A DNA stretch of 64,000 nt from Candidatus Saccharimonadota bacterium. GTDB taxonomy: Bacteria; Patescibacteriota; Saccharimonadia; CAILAD01; BJGX01. The first letter of the stretch is position 1. Every line of letters begins with the position of its first letter. Positions 11,385-21,895 of this stretch are shown one piece after another. A program made the translations under genes and the position numbers. Location: NCBI GenBank assembly GCA_046350735.1, contig JAXLZU010000001.1:140530-204529 (forward strand), written 5' to 3'. The notes beneath the pieces were generated by a model. That model searched no databases, had not been told where the DNA came from, and saw only the letters and a list, made by a program, of their open reading frames with translations.

Positions 11385-11969
11385 ATGGATGAGAAAACTA
11401 CACGAGCAACAATGTATCCAGGTCAGCCCGTTGATGAAATAACACAACGGGTAATTTACAAACATATTATTTCTATTATGCCATTTATGTTTGTAGTCTT
11501 AGTAATGGGTATAGTTGGAATAATTGCAGCATATTATTTACAGAGCAATCCACAGATAACGACCTACGTGCCAGAAATATTTATTAGTTTGGGCTCACTT
11601 CTTTATATGCTAATTCTTATATTTCTCTTTGTTGGTGTCCTGTGGATCTGGCGTCGTAATAAAATCGTTATTACCAATCAGCATATTGTGGATGTCGATC
11701 AGCTAGGGTTGTTTAATCGTCGTGTATCAACATTACGTCTTGGTGAAATACAAGACCTCTCGGCTGACGTGCATGGTCCTACTCAAACAATTTTTCAATA
11801 TGGAACTTTATATATTCAAACTGCTGGTGAACGCGAAAACTTTACATTTGATTACGTGCCTCACCCCTACGAGCTAGAACATTATATTTTAGAAATACGT
11901 CAAAACTTCCATGGCGAATCAGGCGGATCACTTACTCAAGATCCAGTAGGGCCAAACCAACCGCAGTAG
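11385..11969 (+). CDS. Membrane protein with bacterial PH domain
   Basis: Two TM helices followed by IVITNQHIVDVDQLGLF and YGTLYIQTAGE. Confidence 0.7.
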   Translation: MDEKTTRATMYPGQPVDEITQRVIYKHIISIMPFMFVVLVMGIVGIIAAYYLQSNPQITTYVPEIFISLGSLLYMLILIFLFVGVLWIWRRNKIVITNQHIVDVDQLGLFNRRVSTLRLGEIQDLSADVHGPTQTIFQYGTLYIQTAGERENFTFDYVPHPYELEHYILEIRQNFHGESGGSLTQDPVGPNQPQ

Positions 11970-12909
11970 CAAATAATGGGGCAATTTTTTTAGGAATTGG
12001 CTTAAGAGGATATTTGCCAATTCTTTTCCATGGGTCAGCGATAGTTACGGGTATATCTAGTATGCTTTGCATATACTCCGCAATACCTGGAATAACTGCA
12101 CCACCCCCACAAAGAATTATTTGCTCGGTGTTATAGATTGGTATGATATTTTGTAGAGCACTAAACAATGGTGCCAATACTAATTTGCTCGCCTCACGAA
12201 TCTTAACTTGCAAAGCACTTGGTAAAAAACCAAGACTAAATAGTAACTCAGTTGTTTCGTTAACTGGCATATTGAGTTTTTCGGCAAGTAGAGCAGCGAA
12301 TGAATCAACACCAAGATTTAGTTTTTGCGTAGATATAACTAGTGTATTAACTACGCCTACTACTGTTTCATTGCTACCAATATCAACGATGATAGCAGAT
12401 TGGGCTGTAATACCAAGTGTGCGAATAGCAGCTGATAGCTCATGGTCGGAGTTTGTAACTGTGCCAAGCTCTGAGAGAGTATTTAGATGTGCCGCAATAA
12501 TGGTTTGCGCACTTGCTATAGACACAGATAATGATTGACTGTGTCTATACGTGTTAATTATTAGATCATCAACTGTTGTATTGAGGCTTTTTATGGCTTG
12601 TTGTACAAATTCATCGGCAGAAACATTATGTTGAATAAAGGTGTGACGATCGGGCAGAGCTATCGCTAAATTTCGACCAGAAAATTCTCCATAATTAGGA
12701 GACTGTAGGAGATTTTGTAATGCAGGAAGATATTGAGAAGGGTGGAGAATCGAGTCAACTCTTCTGTTATTGTTAATATTTACTCTTGCATAAGCCAATA
12801 ATGCTATTTTGCTGTCTTTTCTCTTCTGTAACTGCACTGCCTTAATAGAGCTGCGGCCAATATCTAAACCAATGCTACTATTTTCGCCAGTCTGTAAAAA
12901 ACGTTTCAT
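11932..12909 (-). CDS. pilM: Type IV pilus assembly protein PilM-like
   Basis: IGLDIGRSSIKAVQL, IVDIGSNET, IILCGGGA and FATAVGLAL motifs. Confidence 0.85.
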   Translation of the reverse strand: MKRFLQTGENSSIGLDIGRSSIKAVQLQKRKDSKIALLAYARVNINNNRRVDSILHPSQYLPALQNLLQSPNYGEFSGRNLAIALPDRHTFIQHNVSADEFVQQAIKSLNTTVDDLIINTYRHSQSLSVSIASAQTIIAAHLNTLSELGTVTNSDHELSAAIRTLGITAQSAIIVDIGSNETVVGVVNTLVISTQKLNLGVDSFAALLAEKLNMPVNETTELLFSLGFLPSALQVKIREASKLVLAPLFSALQNIIPIYNTEQIILCGGGAVIPGIAEYMQSILDIPVTIADPWKRIGKYPLKPIPKKIAPLFATAVGLALLDLE

Positions 12910-12929
12910 TACTCAGACCGGTATTTATA

Positions 12930-13343
12930 TCAGTTGGCGCTTGTTACTTCGTAAACGTTGGTGGTACCAGACTTAATATCTTTGTCGTTACCATTTTCTA
13001 AATTTGCTCGCAAAATATAAGAGTTGGGTGGATTACCAACAGTAATATATACATAATTCTGTTTTGTCTTCGGGTCTGTGGGAAGAGTAGTGAGGTAAGG
13101 TACGGTACCTTGTGTAAGTACATTTAAGTTGGCCGGATAGGCATTGTTGTCATTATAATAACTCTCTAAGCTAGCCTTTATTTTTCGAAGGTCAGATTTG
13201 CGTTGACTGTCTCTTGCGCGAGCTGGCCCAGACAAGAGGCTCGGCACAATTAAAACTGCCAAGATACCAACAATAACAATAACAATTAATAATTCTATTA
13301 GTGTAAAACCTTGTTGATCGCGCAGCCGCGAGAATATCTGCAT
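12930..13343 (-). CDS. Type IV pilin / GspG-like prepilin
   Basis: QGFTLIELLIVIVIVGILA cleavage motif, ARDSQRKSDL and LPTDP. Confidence 0.9.
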   Translation of the reverse strand: MQIFSRLRDQQGFTLIELLIVIVIVGILAVLIVPSLLSGPARARDSQRKSDLRKIKASLESYYNDNNAYPANLNVLTQGTVPYLTTLPTDPKTKQNYVYITVGNPPNSYILRANLENGNDKDIKSGTTNVYEVTSAN

Positions 13344-13499
13344 TTTCCTCCTCTTTGTTGTCGATTACAGTTATTGTAAACCTGTTATGGTTGTGGCGTC
13401 AAGATTATTACTTTCTTAACGCAAAAAGGGGCAGAAAGTATATACTTATTGTAGTTACGCTTTACTTTCGGTTTTTTGTTGTGATAGACTAAAAAAATT

Positions 13500-14804
13500 A
13501 TGAGGGTTAAGGGGGTAATTCTTAGTTTAATACTAGCAAGTATGATAGCGATATTTCATTCGTCAGTATCTGCTTTGGCGCAGTCTATTCAGGGCTCTAC
13601 TACTATTGTAATATCAGAGATATCAATGGGCACATCTGCATCGGCAAGTAATGAGTTTGTTGAGCTCTACAATAATGCAAAGACAGACATAGATGTAAGT
13701 AATTGGACTATCTATTACAAATCTTCTACTGGTAAAACATGGACTAAAAAAGCAAGTCTGCCACAGAATACTATTATTCACTCTCACGACTACTTACTTA
13801 TAGCATCTGAGTTGTCCGGTGCCGATGTTAAATTGAGTTCAGGTTTAGCACAGACTGGCGGTACGGTGCAGTTAAGAGACACAAATGGCACTAATATAGA
13901 TATGGTTGGCTGGGGCACGGCCGATACATCAGAACTACAAGCTGCCACTGCTGCTCAGGCTGACGAAGCGGTCTATAGACAATTTGATGATCAAACACAA
14001 ACTATGATTGATAGCGATAACAATTTCTCAGATTTTGATATATCAAGTACTGCTACACCAAAGTTACCACCGGCCATAGAGATACCTGCACCTGATATTA
14101 CTACTACATATCCTGTAATTAGTTTAAGTGAATTATTGCCCGACCCAGTGGCTCCCCAATCTGATACTAGCGATGAATTTATAGAGCTATATAATCCAAA
14201 TAATACCGAAGTTAACTTATCTGGTTGGATACTAAAAGATGCTGGTGGGACAAGCTACATACTAAAAGACAAAACTATTCCTTCACTTGGCTATCTAACC
14301 GTTACGAGCGCCGAATCTTCACTTTCTCTAAATAACAGTGGTGATAGTATTTATCTTTATTCTCCAGATAATAATCTTGTCGATGAGTCGGCTGATTATG
14401 GCAATGCCAAGCCAGGACTGAGTTGGGCAGTGGTAGGCAATAGTTGGTCTTGGACTGTTTCGCCTACCCCAAATGCTGCCAATAGCACTGTTTATGTTGA
14501 AACTATTACTTCAAAACCAGCTAATACTACTAAAACAACTACCGCTAAAAAAGCAGCAGTTGTAAAAAAAGCCGCCACCAGTAAGGTTGCTAAGGCAAAA
14601 GCAAAACCAAGTAGTACATCTTCTACTAAGAGCAATCAGGATAATCCAAATACACAAACAAGTACAAGCTCTAACTCTCTAATATGGTCGTGGTTGCTGA
14701 TTGCGCTAGGAGTCGGTACCATAGGATATGGAATATATGAATACCGACCAGAAATCATTGCGGCTTACCACCGACTTGTCACAAAGTTTGGCGCTAGCAA
14801 ATAA
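13500..14804 (+). CDS. Secreted protein with two lamin-tail-like domains and a C-terminal TM anchor
   Basis: Signal peptide, two ISE...EFxELYN...DxSxW repeats, a Thr/Lys-rich linker and a C-terminal hydrophobic helix. Confidence 0.8.
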   Translation: MRVKGVILSLILASMIAIFHSSVSALAQSIQGSTTIVISEISMGTSASASNEFVELYNNAKTDIDVSNWTIYYKSSTGKTWTKKASLPQNTIIHSHDYLLIASELSGADVKLSSGLAQTGGTVQLRDTNGTNIDMVGWGTADTSELQAATAAQADEAVYRQFDDQTQTMIDSDNNFSDFDISSTATPKLPPAIEIPAPDITTTYPVISLSELLPDPVAPQSDTSDEFIELYNPNNTEVNLSGWILKDAGGTSYILKDKTIPSLGYLTVTSAESSLSLNNSGDSIYLYSPDNNLVDESADYGNAKPGLSWAVVGNSWSWTVSPTPNAANSTVYVETITSKPANTTKTTTAKKAAVVKKAATSKVAKAKAKPSSTSSTKSNQDNPNTQTSTSSNSLIWSWLLIALGVGTIGYGIYEYRPEIIAAYHRLVTKFGASK

Positions 14805-15210
14805 CCTTGCTAGTATTGTTCAGCCACCCCAATTAATAGAATTAGTTGGAGATTTGGGTGGTGGTAAAACTACTTTTACAAAAGCATTTGGTAAAGCACT
14901 TGGAGTAGAAAAAACCATTACTAGTCCTACCTTTAATATTCATCGTAGCTATGAATATGGAAAAACTAATAGACTAGAACACTTTGATCTTTACCGTCTA
15001 AACGATGACGAAATTGTCCTTAACGAACTGCAAGAAAAGTTGAACGACCCTAAAACCATAACGGTAGTTGAATGGGCTGGCAATTTTTCACATACCCTAG
15101 CAAAGGATAGACTGGTAGTAGAGTTTCATTTTATAAATGAAGAGAAAAGAGAAATTGTAATGACTGCTACAGGGGTAAAGAGCCAGGCAATTTTGGAGAA
15201 GCTAAAATGA
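14728..15210 (+). CDS. tsaE: t6A biosynthesis ATPase
   Basis: LVGDLGGGKTTF, ITSPTF, HFDLYRL and VEWA motifs. Confidence 0.93.
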   Translation: MEYMNTDQKSLRLTTDLSQSLALANNLASIVQPPQLIELVGDLGGGKTTFTKAFGKALGVEKTITSPTFNIHRSYEYGKTNRLEHFDLYRLNDDEIVLNELQEKLNDPKTITVVEWAGNFSHTLAKDRLVVEFHFINEEKREIVMTATGVKSQAILEKLK

Positions 15211-15602
15211 TATTAGCATTACGCACAGATTCTCCTACGGCTGAAATATATTTAGTCAGTAATTATCAAGAGATTGATCAAATAAAATGGTTGGCGCAGC
15301 GTAATTTGGCCGATGAATTGCTTATTAAAATAGAAGAGCTTCTTAAGAAAAATAACACTCAATTAAATGATCTAGGCGGAATAATTGTGTTTACCGGAGA
15401 AGGATCGTTTACTGGACTGAGAATAGGCACTACTGTTGCTAATTCGATTGCCTATGCGCTATCGATACCTGTACTGGCCTCTAGTGGTAAGGACTGGATT
15501 CTGTCTGGAGCTAAGAAACTTGTAACAGCAAAAAGTAATAATTATGTAATACCACAATATTCAGCAGAGCCGAATATTACCTCTCCAAAGCCAAAAACTT
15601 GA
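15207..15602 (+). CDS. tsaB: t6A biosynthesis protein TsaB, short form
   Basis: GEGSFTGLRIG motif; only 131 aa. Confidence 0.85.
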   Translation: MILALRTDSPTAEIYLVSNYQEIDQIKWLAQRNLADELLIKIEELLKKNNTQLNDLGGIIVFTGEGSFTGLRIGTTVANSIAYALSIPVLASSGKDWILSGAKKLVTAKSNNYVIPQYSAEPNITSPKPKT

Positions 15603-15723
15603 TTTAGTACTGAGAATGGTACTACTATAAATATAGTTAGTTATTTTTTATTTTTGGAAATTAATCAAAATCTAATCTAGTTTGCCAAACCAACAGGCTA
15701 GACTTGAGAATATGAGGTGAAAA

Positions 15724-17241
15724 ATGCCAATAGTAATTTTAATTGCTGCCATTTTGGGTGCTGGTGCCCTTGGGTATGGCGGTAGTTTAGTTGTAAGCAA
15801 AAAGAAAAGTCAGACAGAGAAGGCTGAAGCCGAAAAAACACTCGAAGCAGCAAAAACAAAGGCAAAAGAAATCGAACTAAAAGCCAAGGAAGAAGCTATT
15901 GCGCTGCAAAAAGAAACCAAAGACTTAGAAGCCAAGCGCCAAGCACGATTAGACGAGCAAGAAAAAAGAATGTTAGAGCGAGAGAAACTATTTGATTCCA
16001 AAATAGAATCTGTCGAGCGTCGTGCACAGACACTTGATAATGATGAAAAAGAAATTGAGGCTATTAAGCAAGAGTTGCGCGAGATTAAAGATAGGCAAAT
16101 TAAGAATCTAGAAAAAATTGCCAAAATGAAAAAGAAAGAAGCTAGTGAAAAGTTAATGCAGATGACAGAAAAAGAAATAAAGGCCGATTTGGTAGAATAT
16201 GTAGAAAAGCTAAAGCGCGATGCTAGTGAAAATGCCGATGACGATGCAAAAGAAATAATGGCACAGGCAATGGAGCGCATGGCTACTAGCCAAGCGGTAG
16301 AACGGACTGTTACCACAGTTGCTATTCCGAGCGATGAAGTGAAGGGTAAAATTATCGGTAAAGAGGGTCGTAATATTCAAAGTTTTGAACGCCTTACTGG
16401 AGTTGATGTACTTATTGATGAGAGTCCTGGTGTTATTACGCTTTCTGGTTTTGATCCTATTCGTCGCCAAGTAGCCAGAGTGGCAATGGAGCAATTAGTA
16501 AAAGACGGTCGTATTCACCCTGGACGTATCGAAGAAATTGTAGAGAAGGCACAAAAAGAAATAGACCAAGAAACTAAGAAGGCAGGAGAGCAAGCTGCTC
16601 GTGATGCTAAGGTTGTAGGTTTGCCACCAGAAATTAATAAACTTATGGGACAGTTAAAGTATCGTACAAGTTTTAGTCAGAACGTCTTACACCATTCTGT
16701 AGAGATGGCACATTTGGCAGCTATGATTGCCGAAGAGATTGGTGCCGATATACAAGTTAGTCGAACCGCTGCATATTTGCACGATCTTGGTAAGGCGGTA
16801 AGTCATGAGGTAGAAGGTAAACACCATCATATTACTGGCGATATTATGCGCAAAGAAGGGTTCGATGAAGCCACTGTTCATGCTGCTGAGGCGCACCATG
16901 ACGATTTAGAGGCTACTACTCCTGAGGCATTAATTGTAAGAGCGGTAGATGCATTAAGCGCAGGGCGTCCTGGCGCACGTGGTGATACTGCCGAAAACTT
17001 TGGCAAGCGTATGACAGACTTAGAGAATGTTGCCAAGGCTTTTCCGGGTGTAGAAAAAGTATATGCCATGTCTGCAGGCCGAGAAATTCGGGTTTTTGTA
17101 AGCCCAGAAAATGTAGACGACTTAACTGCAATAAAGTTGGCTCGTGATATTGCTACGAAAATTGAAGCTACGTTAAAGTATCCCGGTACAATAAAAGTTA
17201 ATATCATTCGCGAAACCCGTGCTGTGGAATTTGCAAAATAA
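15724..17241 (+). CDS. rny: Ribonuclease Y
   Basis: N-terminal TM, coiled coil, KH motif KGKIIGKEGRNI and HD motif LHDLGK. Confidence 0.96.
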   Translation: MPIVILIAAILGAGALGYGGSLVVSKKKSQTEKAEAEKTLEAAKTKAKEIELKAKEEAIALQKETKDLEAKRQARLDEQEKRMLEREKLFDSKIESVERRAQTLDNDEKEIEAIKQELREIKDRQIKNLEKIAKMKKKEASEKLMQMTEKEIKADLVEYVEKLKRDASENADDDAKEIMAQAMERMATSQAVERTVTTVAIPSDEVKGKIIGKEGRNIQSFERLTGVDVLIDESPGVITLSGFDPIRRQVARVAMEQLVKDGRIHPGRIEEIVEKAQKEIDQETKKAGEQAARDAKVVGLPPEINKLMGQLKYRTSFSQNVLHHSVEMAHLAAMIAEEIGADIQVSRTAAYLHDLGKAVSHEVEGKHHHITGDIMRKEGFDEATVHAAEAHHDDLEATTPEALIVRAVDALSAGRPGARGDTAENFGKRMTDLENVAKAFPGVEKVYAMSAGREIRVFVSPENVDDLTAIKLARDIATKIEATLKYPGTIKVNIIRETRAVEFAK

Positions 17242-17256
17242 ACAAAAGGAGAAAGT

Positions 17257-17529
17257 ATGACCAAACGAGAACTTGTAGAAGAAGTAGCGAAAGCTGCGAA
17301 TATAACAAACAAACAAGCCGAACGGGTTATCGAAAAAACTGCACTAATAATAATGAGTGAGGTTAAACACGGCCAAAAAGTAAACATTACTGGCTTCGGT
17401 ACATTTTATTTAGGTAAGCGCGCAGCTCGTGCTGGTATAAATCCAAATACCGGAGATAAGATAGATATACCCAAAATTATGTTACCAAAGTTTCGTGCAG
17501 GCTCTAGATTTAAAAGCATGGTTCGCTAA
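17257..17529 (+). CDS. hup: HU family DNA-binding protein
   Basis: MTKRELV, GFGTF, RAGINPNTG and PKFRAG motifs. Confidence 0.92.
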   Translation: MTKRELVEEVAKAANITNKQAERVIEKTALIIMSEVKHGQKVNITGFGTFYLGKRAARAGINPNTGDKIDIPKIMLPKFRAGSRFKSMVR

Positions 17530-17570
17530 CCATTTTCAAAGCATAAGCATAAAGACTATAATAAACAACT

Positions 17571-18830
17571 ATGAGTACTACTAATTTACCCGACGAAAAA
17601 GTTGTAGAGCAAATATCAAAATTACCAAAAGTTCGTATGACGTTATTTCGGGATATAGATGTAGCCCAGCAAGGATTTGTTTTGCTAAAACTCAGCAAGC
17701 GAATTCGACAAAATGTTATTGAAAATTTAGATAACAAAGAACTTATCGACTTACTTAATCACTTAGATCCAGACAAAGCAACAGACATTATTCAAGAGCT
17801 TAAAACTCATCGTGCCAAGAAGATAACTTCAGCGTTGAATGTAGAAGTAAAAGAAAAAGTTGAGACGTTGTTAAGTTTTAATCCTAAAACTGCAGCCGGT
17901 TTAATGAATCTTGACTATGTTGTGGTACAACCAAATGCACATTTTGCCGATGTCGCTAAAGATTTAATAGAGCATGAAAAACGTACTGGAAAATTTCCGG
18001 CAATTCTCGTTATAGATAAAGGCAAGCTTGTTGGCGAATTGCCAGGACACGAACTGGCGGTACGGTCGAGCAGGGATAAAATAGAAAATTATATAAAAAA
18101 AATCCCGGCTATTAAGTATGACAGTGACGAACATAAGGTGGTTAATTCATTTATTAAAAATCCTCACAATAAAGTTGCAGTGCTAGATGCGGATGATAGT
18201 GTACTTGGAATAATTCACTCGGATGATCTATTGGCCCTGATTGACAAGCGAACCGCCAATGATTTGTATGGGTTTGCAGGTGTTAGTAAAGAAGAAGATG
18301 CTTTAGATGGAGTAGGTACAAAAGTAAAACGCAGATATTTGTGGCTGGTCATTAACCTTGGCACAGCCTTTTTAGCAGCTTCGGTAGTTGGATTGTTTGA
18401 AAACACTATTTCTAAATTAACTCTACTTGCAGTCTATATGCCAATTGTGGCAGGAATGGGCGGGAATGCAGCAACCCAAACACTCGCCGTTGCAGTACGT
18501 GGTCTGGTTTTAAAAGAGATTGATCTCAAACACGGAATTGGGTTTGCTGCGAGAGAGTTAGGCGCCGGTATTATCAATGGTGCTATAAATGGCACTATCG
18601 TGGCGCTAGTAGCTATCTTTGTTAATAAGAACCCAATGCTTGGCTTGGTATTAGCAATGGCTATGATTGGCAACTTAATTATCGCTTCGGTTGCAGGTGC
18701 AATTATACCGCTCATTATGAAAGCACTCGGTAAAGACCCTGCTACATCGGCAACTATCTTTATTACTACCTGTACTGATGTAGGTGGGTTTTTTATATTT
18801 CTTGGCTTAGCCCAACTTATGCTAGTATAA
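17571..18830 (+). CDS. mgtE: Magnesium transporter MgtE
   Basis: TAAGLM CBS region, GMGGNAATQT and DPATSATIFITTCTD motifs. Confidence 0.93.
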   Translation: MSTTNLPDEKVVEQISKLPKVRMTLFRDIDVAQQGFVLLKLSKRIRQNVIENLDNKELIDLLNHLDPDKATDIIQELKTHRAKKITSALNVEVKEKVETLLSFNPKTAAGLMNLDYVVVQPNAHFADVAKDLIEHEKRTGKFPAILVIDKGKLVGELPGHELAVRSSRDKIENYIKKIPAIKYDSDEHKVVNSFIKNPHNKVAVLDADDSVLGIIHSDDLLALIDKRTANDLYGFAGVSKEEDALDGVGTKVKRRYLWLVINLGTAFLAASVVGLFENTISKLTLLAVYMPIVAGMGGNAATQTLAVAVRGLVLKEIDLKHGIGFAARELGAGIINGAINGTIVALVAIFVNKNPMLGLVLAMAMIGNLIIASVAGAIIPLIMKALGKDPATSATIFITTCTDVGGFFIFLGLAQLMLV

Positions 18831-18855
18831 ACATAACATTAATGCGGAGTTAGAA

Positions 18856-19917
18856 ATGAAAGAAGGCGAGCAGAAGACAGAAGAAGCTGTTGTAAGCAAG
18901 GACACTCAAAGCGAAGAAAAAGCTAATGAACAGACCAATTCGCTACAATCAACACAGCAGACAGTAAAAAAAACCAAAAAAGTTTGGTACAAGAATCCAT
19001 GGTTTTGGATAGGTATAGTAGCGGCAACAGTTGGCGTGGTAAGTATTACACTTGGTCTTATTTATCGCAGTAATGTTCTAAAAACAAACCAAGCTATTAC
19101 AGATGGTTGGGTTGATATTACTACTCAAGCGAACCAAGTTGTGGTTTTGCAAAACAGACTTAGCAGCACAAAGGACTACAACTCATACTCTATACAGTTG
19201 CATAGTATGGATAACTCAATAACGAACAGAAAAAATGCTAGTAATAGCTTGCCGGCCTGGCTTAATAATACTGCTGAGTTGAATCGCTATAAGGAGTTCT
19301 TGAGCCAATACAGTGCCTATATCGGCAAGTCTGCATCTTTAAGTGACACACCAGACAAAATCAGTACGAGCGATATTAGCTCGCTGAGTGATAATTCTAA
19401 ATCTGCCCAGGCGGCTGCAGAAAATCTTAAAAATAACTCTTCTTTCTTGCAAGCACAAATGCCAGAAGATATTTATAAAATCCCGCAGACATTACAAATG
19501 GTGGTAGACACACTATTGAATAAACAAAAACAAACTGCCGCAGAGCAGCAAGCCGCAGCTAATGCTGCTGCTAAAGATGCAGCCAACCAACAGGCAGTGA
19601 CAACTTCTGTTACTACCTTTCAAAATGGTTTTGTAGCTGGTAATGCCGCCGCTATGCGTCCGGTAATGACTACTGGATTCCAGAATGAATATAACTTTAA
19701 CCAATTAAATCCTGACCAACGCCAGTATCAGTATCCAGCAAGCTTTCGTATTATTAATGTAACCAAGCAAACAGACGGAACCTATAAGGCGAATGTGAAT
19801 GTGTTGTTTAAATATACAGACAACCCCAACCAATACACTCAGGGCTATGAATATAGTGTCATTAGCTCTAATGGCAAGTGGTTACTCAATAATGAAAAAC
19901 AAACTAATAGCTTCTAG
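18856..19917 (+). CDS. Hypothetical membrane-anchored protein
   Basis: 353-aa ORF with SD, one N-terminal TM and a polar extracellular part. Confidence 0.7.
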   Translation: MKEGEQKTEEAVVSKDTQSEEKANEQTNSLQSTQQTVKKTKKVWYKNPWFWIGIVAATVGVVSITLGLIYRSNVLKTNQAITDGWVDITTQANQVVVLQNRLSSTKDYNSYSIQLHSMDNSITNRKNASNSLPAWLNNTAELNRYKEFLSQYSAYIGKSASLSDTPDKISTSDISSLSDNSKSAQAAAENLKNNSSFLQAQMPEDIYKIPQTLQMVVDTLLNKQKQTAAEQQAAANAAAKDAANQQAVTTSVTTFQNGFVAGNAAAMRPVMTTGFQNEYNFNQLNPDQRQYQYPASFRIINVTKQTDGTYKANVNVLFKYTDNPNQYTQGYEYSVISSNGKWLLNNEKQTNSF

Positions 19918-19933
19918 AAGAGTACGAAGGAGC

Positions 19934-19962
19934 TTGCAAAATCTTAAGATTTGCAGTATCAT
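19934..19962 (+). promoter_or_regulatory. Sigma70-type promoter upstream of tRNA-Gly
   Basis: TTGCAA-17 nt-TATCAT. Confidence 0.5.
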
Positions 19963-20078
19963 TTTGTACTTGTAGGCTCTTTTTGTAGCCCGCACCTTGT
20001 ATGCTTACATACTTTTTCTAAAGAGATTTAGAAAAACTGCAAAATGTGGTCCGCAATTTGGCGGATCTGTTTTGTCAG

Positions 20079-20153
20079 GCGGGTATCGTATAATGATTAT
20101 TATTCCTGCCTTCCAAGCAGGTGATGCGGGTTTAATTCCCGCTACCCGCTCCA
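20079..20153 (+). tRNA. tRNA-Gly(TCC) with atypical D and T loops
   Basis: Acceptor GCGGGTA/TACCCGC-TCCA and anticodon loop CTTCCAA. The D-loop has GA for GG and the T-loop is TTTAATT. Confidence 0.88.
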
Positions 20154-20266
20154 GAGATTATTTACAAATGGGCAGAGATTCTTTAAGAGAAAAAGCATCC
20201 TCTGCCCATTTGTTAATGGTCGTGTTAAGCACTCACTTTATTGGTACAATAGTGTGAGTGACACAG

Positions 20267-20343
<77 letters not shown>

Positions 20344-20344
20344 T

Positions 20345-20422
20345 GGTGAGTGTAGCTCAGTTGGTTAGAGCGTCGGTTTGTGGTACCGAAGGTCGTGGGT
20401 TCGAGACCCATCACTCACCCCA
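20345..20422 (+). tRNA. tRNA-His(GTG)
   Basis: Anticodon loop TTGTGGT, encoded G-1, C discriminator and CCA end. Confidence 0.96.
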
Positions 20423-20457
20423 TAGTAAACGTCCGAGCTTTGCTCGGATTTTTACTA
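20423..20457. terminator. Terminator between tRNA-His and the convergent gene
   Basis: tagtaaa-cgtccgagc-ttt-gctcggat-ttttacta hairpin. Confidence 0.7.
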
Positions 20458-20469
20458 TGGCAGATAAAA

Positions 20470-21054
20470 TTATTTTGCCTTATCGGCCAGATGTCGACGC
20501 CATACAGACCATTCGAGGCCAGCGTCAATAATACAGAAGAAGAAAAATGCTACCGCCGATAGTATTAACTCGGTAGGAACAGTAAAGCCACTATACGCAA
20601 GAATTATGCCAACAATAGAGTAGAGAGCTACCAAAACAAGATAACTAAGATTAAATCGATAGATGGCCGATGTAATAAGCATGCCGGCAGCTACCATAAA
20701 AAACCAACCCGAAACCATGCCATGAATACCTATCTTAATCCCGCTAGAATATTCTAAATAGGTTAACCAAGTTCCAACAAGAATTAGTCCAAACCAAACA
20801 ATTTGTAGAAATATTGCCTTAGCGTCTTTAGGAAATCCTAGAATAATTTGTGCGCCAAGGCCTACAATTAGTACAAGTAGCCAAATTTCTGCCAACATAG
20901 TAGGGGCAGCTAGGGCAATATTGCTTGCTAGATATCCAAAGGCTAATAATATAGCCCATACAAACATTATTTTTTGGTAGCGATTAAAAATTCTTACTGG
21001 AGGGGCAACACGTTTTTTGGAGGGAACCATAACAACTATTGTATCAGAAAACAA
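20470..21054 (-). CDS. Hypothetical multi-pass membrane protein
   Basis: About six hydrophobic segments; the true start may be slightly downstream. Confidence 0.7.
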   Translation of the reverse strand: MFSDTIVVMVPSKKRVAPPVRIFNRYQKIMFVWAILLAFGYLASNIALAAPTMLAEIWLLVLIVGLGAQIILGFPKDAKAIFLQIVWFGLILVGTWLTYLEYSSGIKIGIHGMVSGWFFMVAAGMLITSAIYRFNLSYLVLVALYSIVGIILAYSGFTVPTELILSAVAFFFFCIIDAGLEWSVWRRHLADKAK

Positions 21055-21126
21055 AAAATATTTGCCAGTTTTTTAGAATAGGTATACAGTAATAGTTAAG
21101 AACAATAAATTTAACAAGGAGTCTTT

Positions 21127-21549
21127 ATGAAAAAAACAGTATTAAAGGCAGCTGGTGCAGGTAGCTTGTTGGCGCTTGTTCCTTTTGCCGCACATGCAGC
21201 AGATGATTTTACTACTACATCTACCACTGATGCTGCCACTACTGCAGCGGGCGGTACCGCAGCAGCTGGCTTGGTTGGCGGGTTATTAATCTTTTGGCTA
21301 ATCTTCCTTATTATTGGCCTAGGGTTATTTATCTTTTGGATTGTAATGCTCGTTGATGCATTTAAGCGAACTAACTGGCAAGATGATAATCAGAAAAACC
21401 TCTGGTTAATAATATTGATTGTTTCAATCTTTGTAGGGCTATCTGGACTAGCTGCAATACTCTACTACTTTATTATTAAGCGTGCGCTCGACAGTAAAGC
21501 TACAGTATCGAATACACCACCTACTCAAACTCCACCAGCTGCACAGTAA
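21127..21549 (+). CDS. Membrane protein with PLDc_N-like domain
   Basis: Signal peptide (AHA), FWIVMLVDAFKR-KNLWLIILI motif and AAGGAG SD. Confidence 0.7.
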   Translation: MKKTVLKAAGAGSLLALVPFAAHAADDFTTTSTTDAATTAAGGTAAAGLVGGLLIFWLIFLIIGLGLFIFWIVMLVDAFKRTNWQDDNQKNLWLIILIVSIFVGLSGLAAILYYFIIKRALDSKATVSNTPPTQTPPAAQ

Positions 21550-21564
21550 TAGCTAGTAGTTTGT

Positions 21565-21601
21565 AAATAAAAAACCTGACTGTATGTCAGGTTTTTTATT
21601 T
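21565..21601. terminator. Bidirectional terminator
   Basis: aaataaaaaacctgac-tgtat-gtcaggttttttattt. Confidence 0.85.
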
Positions 21602-21677
21602 GGTCGGGGTGAGAGGACTCGAACCTCCGGCCTCATCGTCCCAAACGACGCGCGCTAGCCAACTGCGCCACACCCCG
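21601..21677 (-). tRNA. tRNA-Pro(TGG)
   Basis: Reverse complement reads CGGGGTGTGGCGCAG...TTTGGGA...CACCCCGACCA. Confidence 0.96.
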
Positions 21678-21796
21678 GCGTCAAATTAACACTTAAGATT
21701 TATGAATTACATAACAATTTAATTCTTAAATTATCATATTAATTTTCGTTCTTGGCCAAAACTATTCTCGCTTTTGGCCGCTATATATATCATCTT

Positions 21797-21872
21797 TGGT
21801 GGGTCCGGTGGGACTCGAACCCACAACCAATTGCTTAAGAGGCAACTGCTCTACCAATTGAGCTACAGACCC
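21797..21872 (-). tRNA. tRNA-Lys(CTT)
   Basis: Reverse complement reads GGGTCTGTAGCTCAA...CTCTTAA...GGACCCACCA. Confidence 0.96.
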
Positions 21873-21895
21873 TCATAAAAAATTGTACTTAGATG

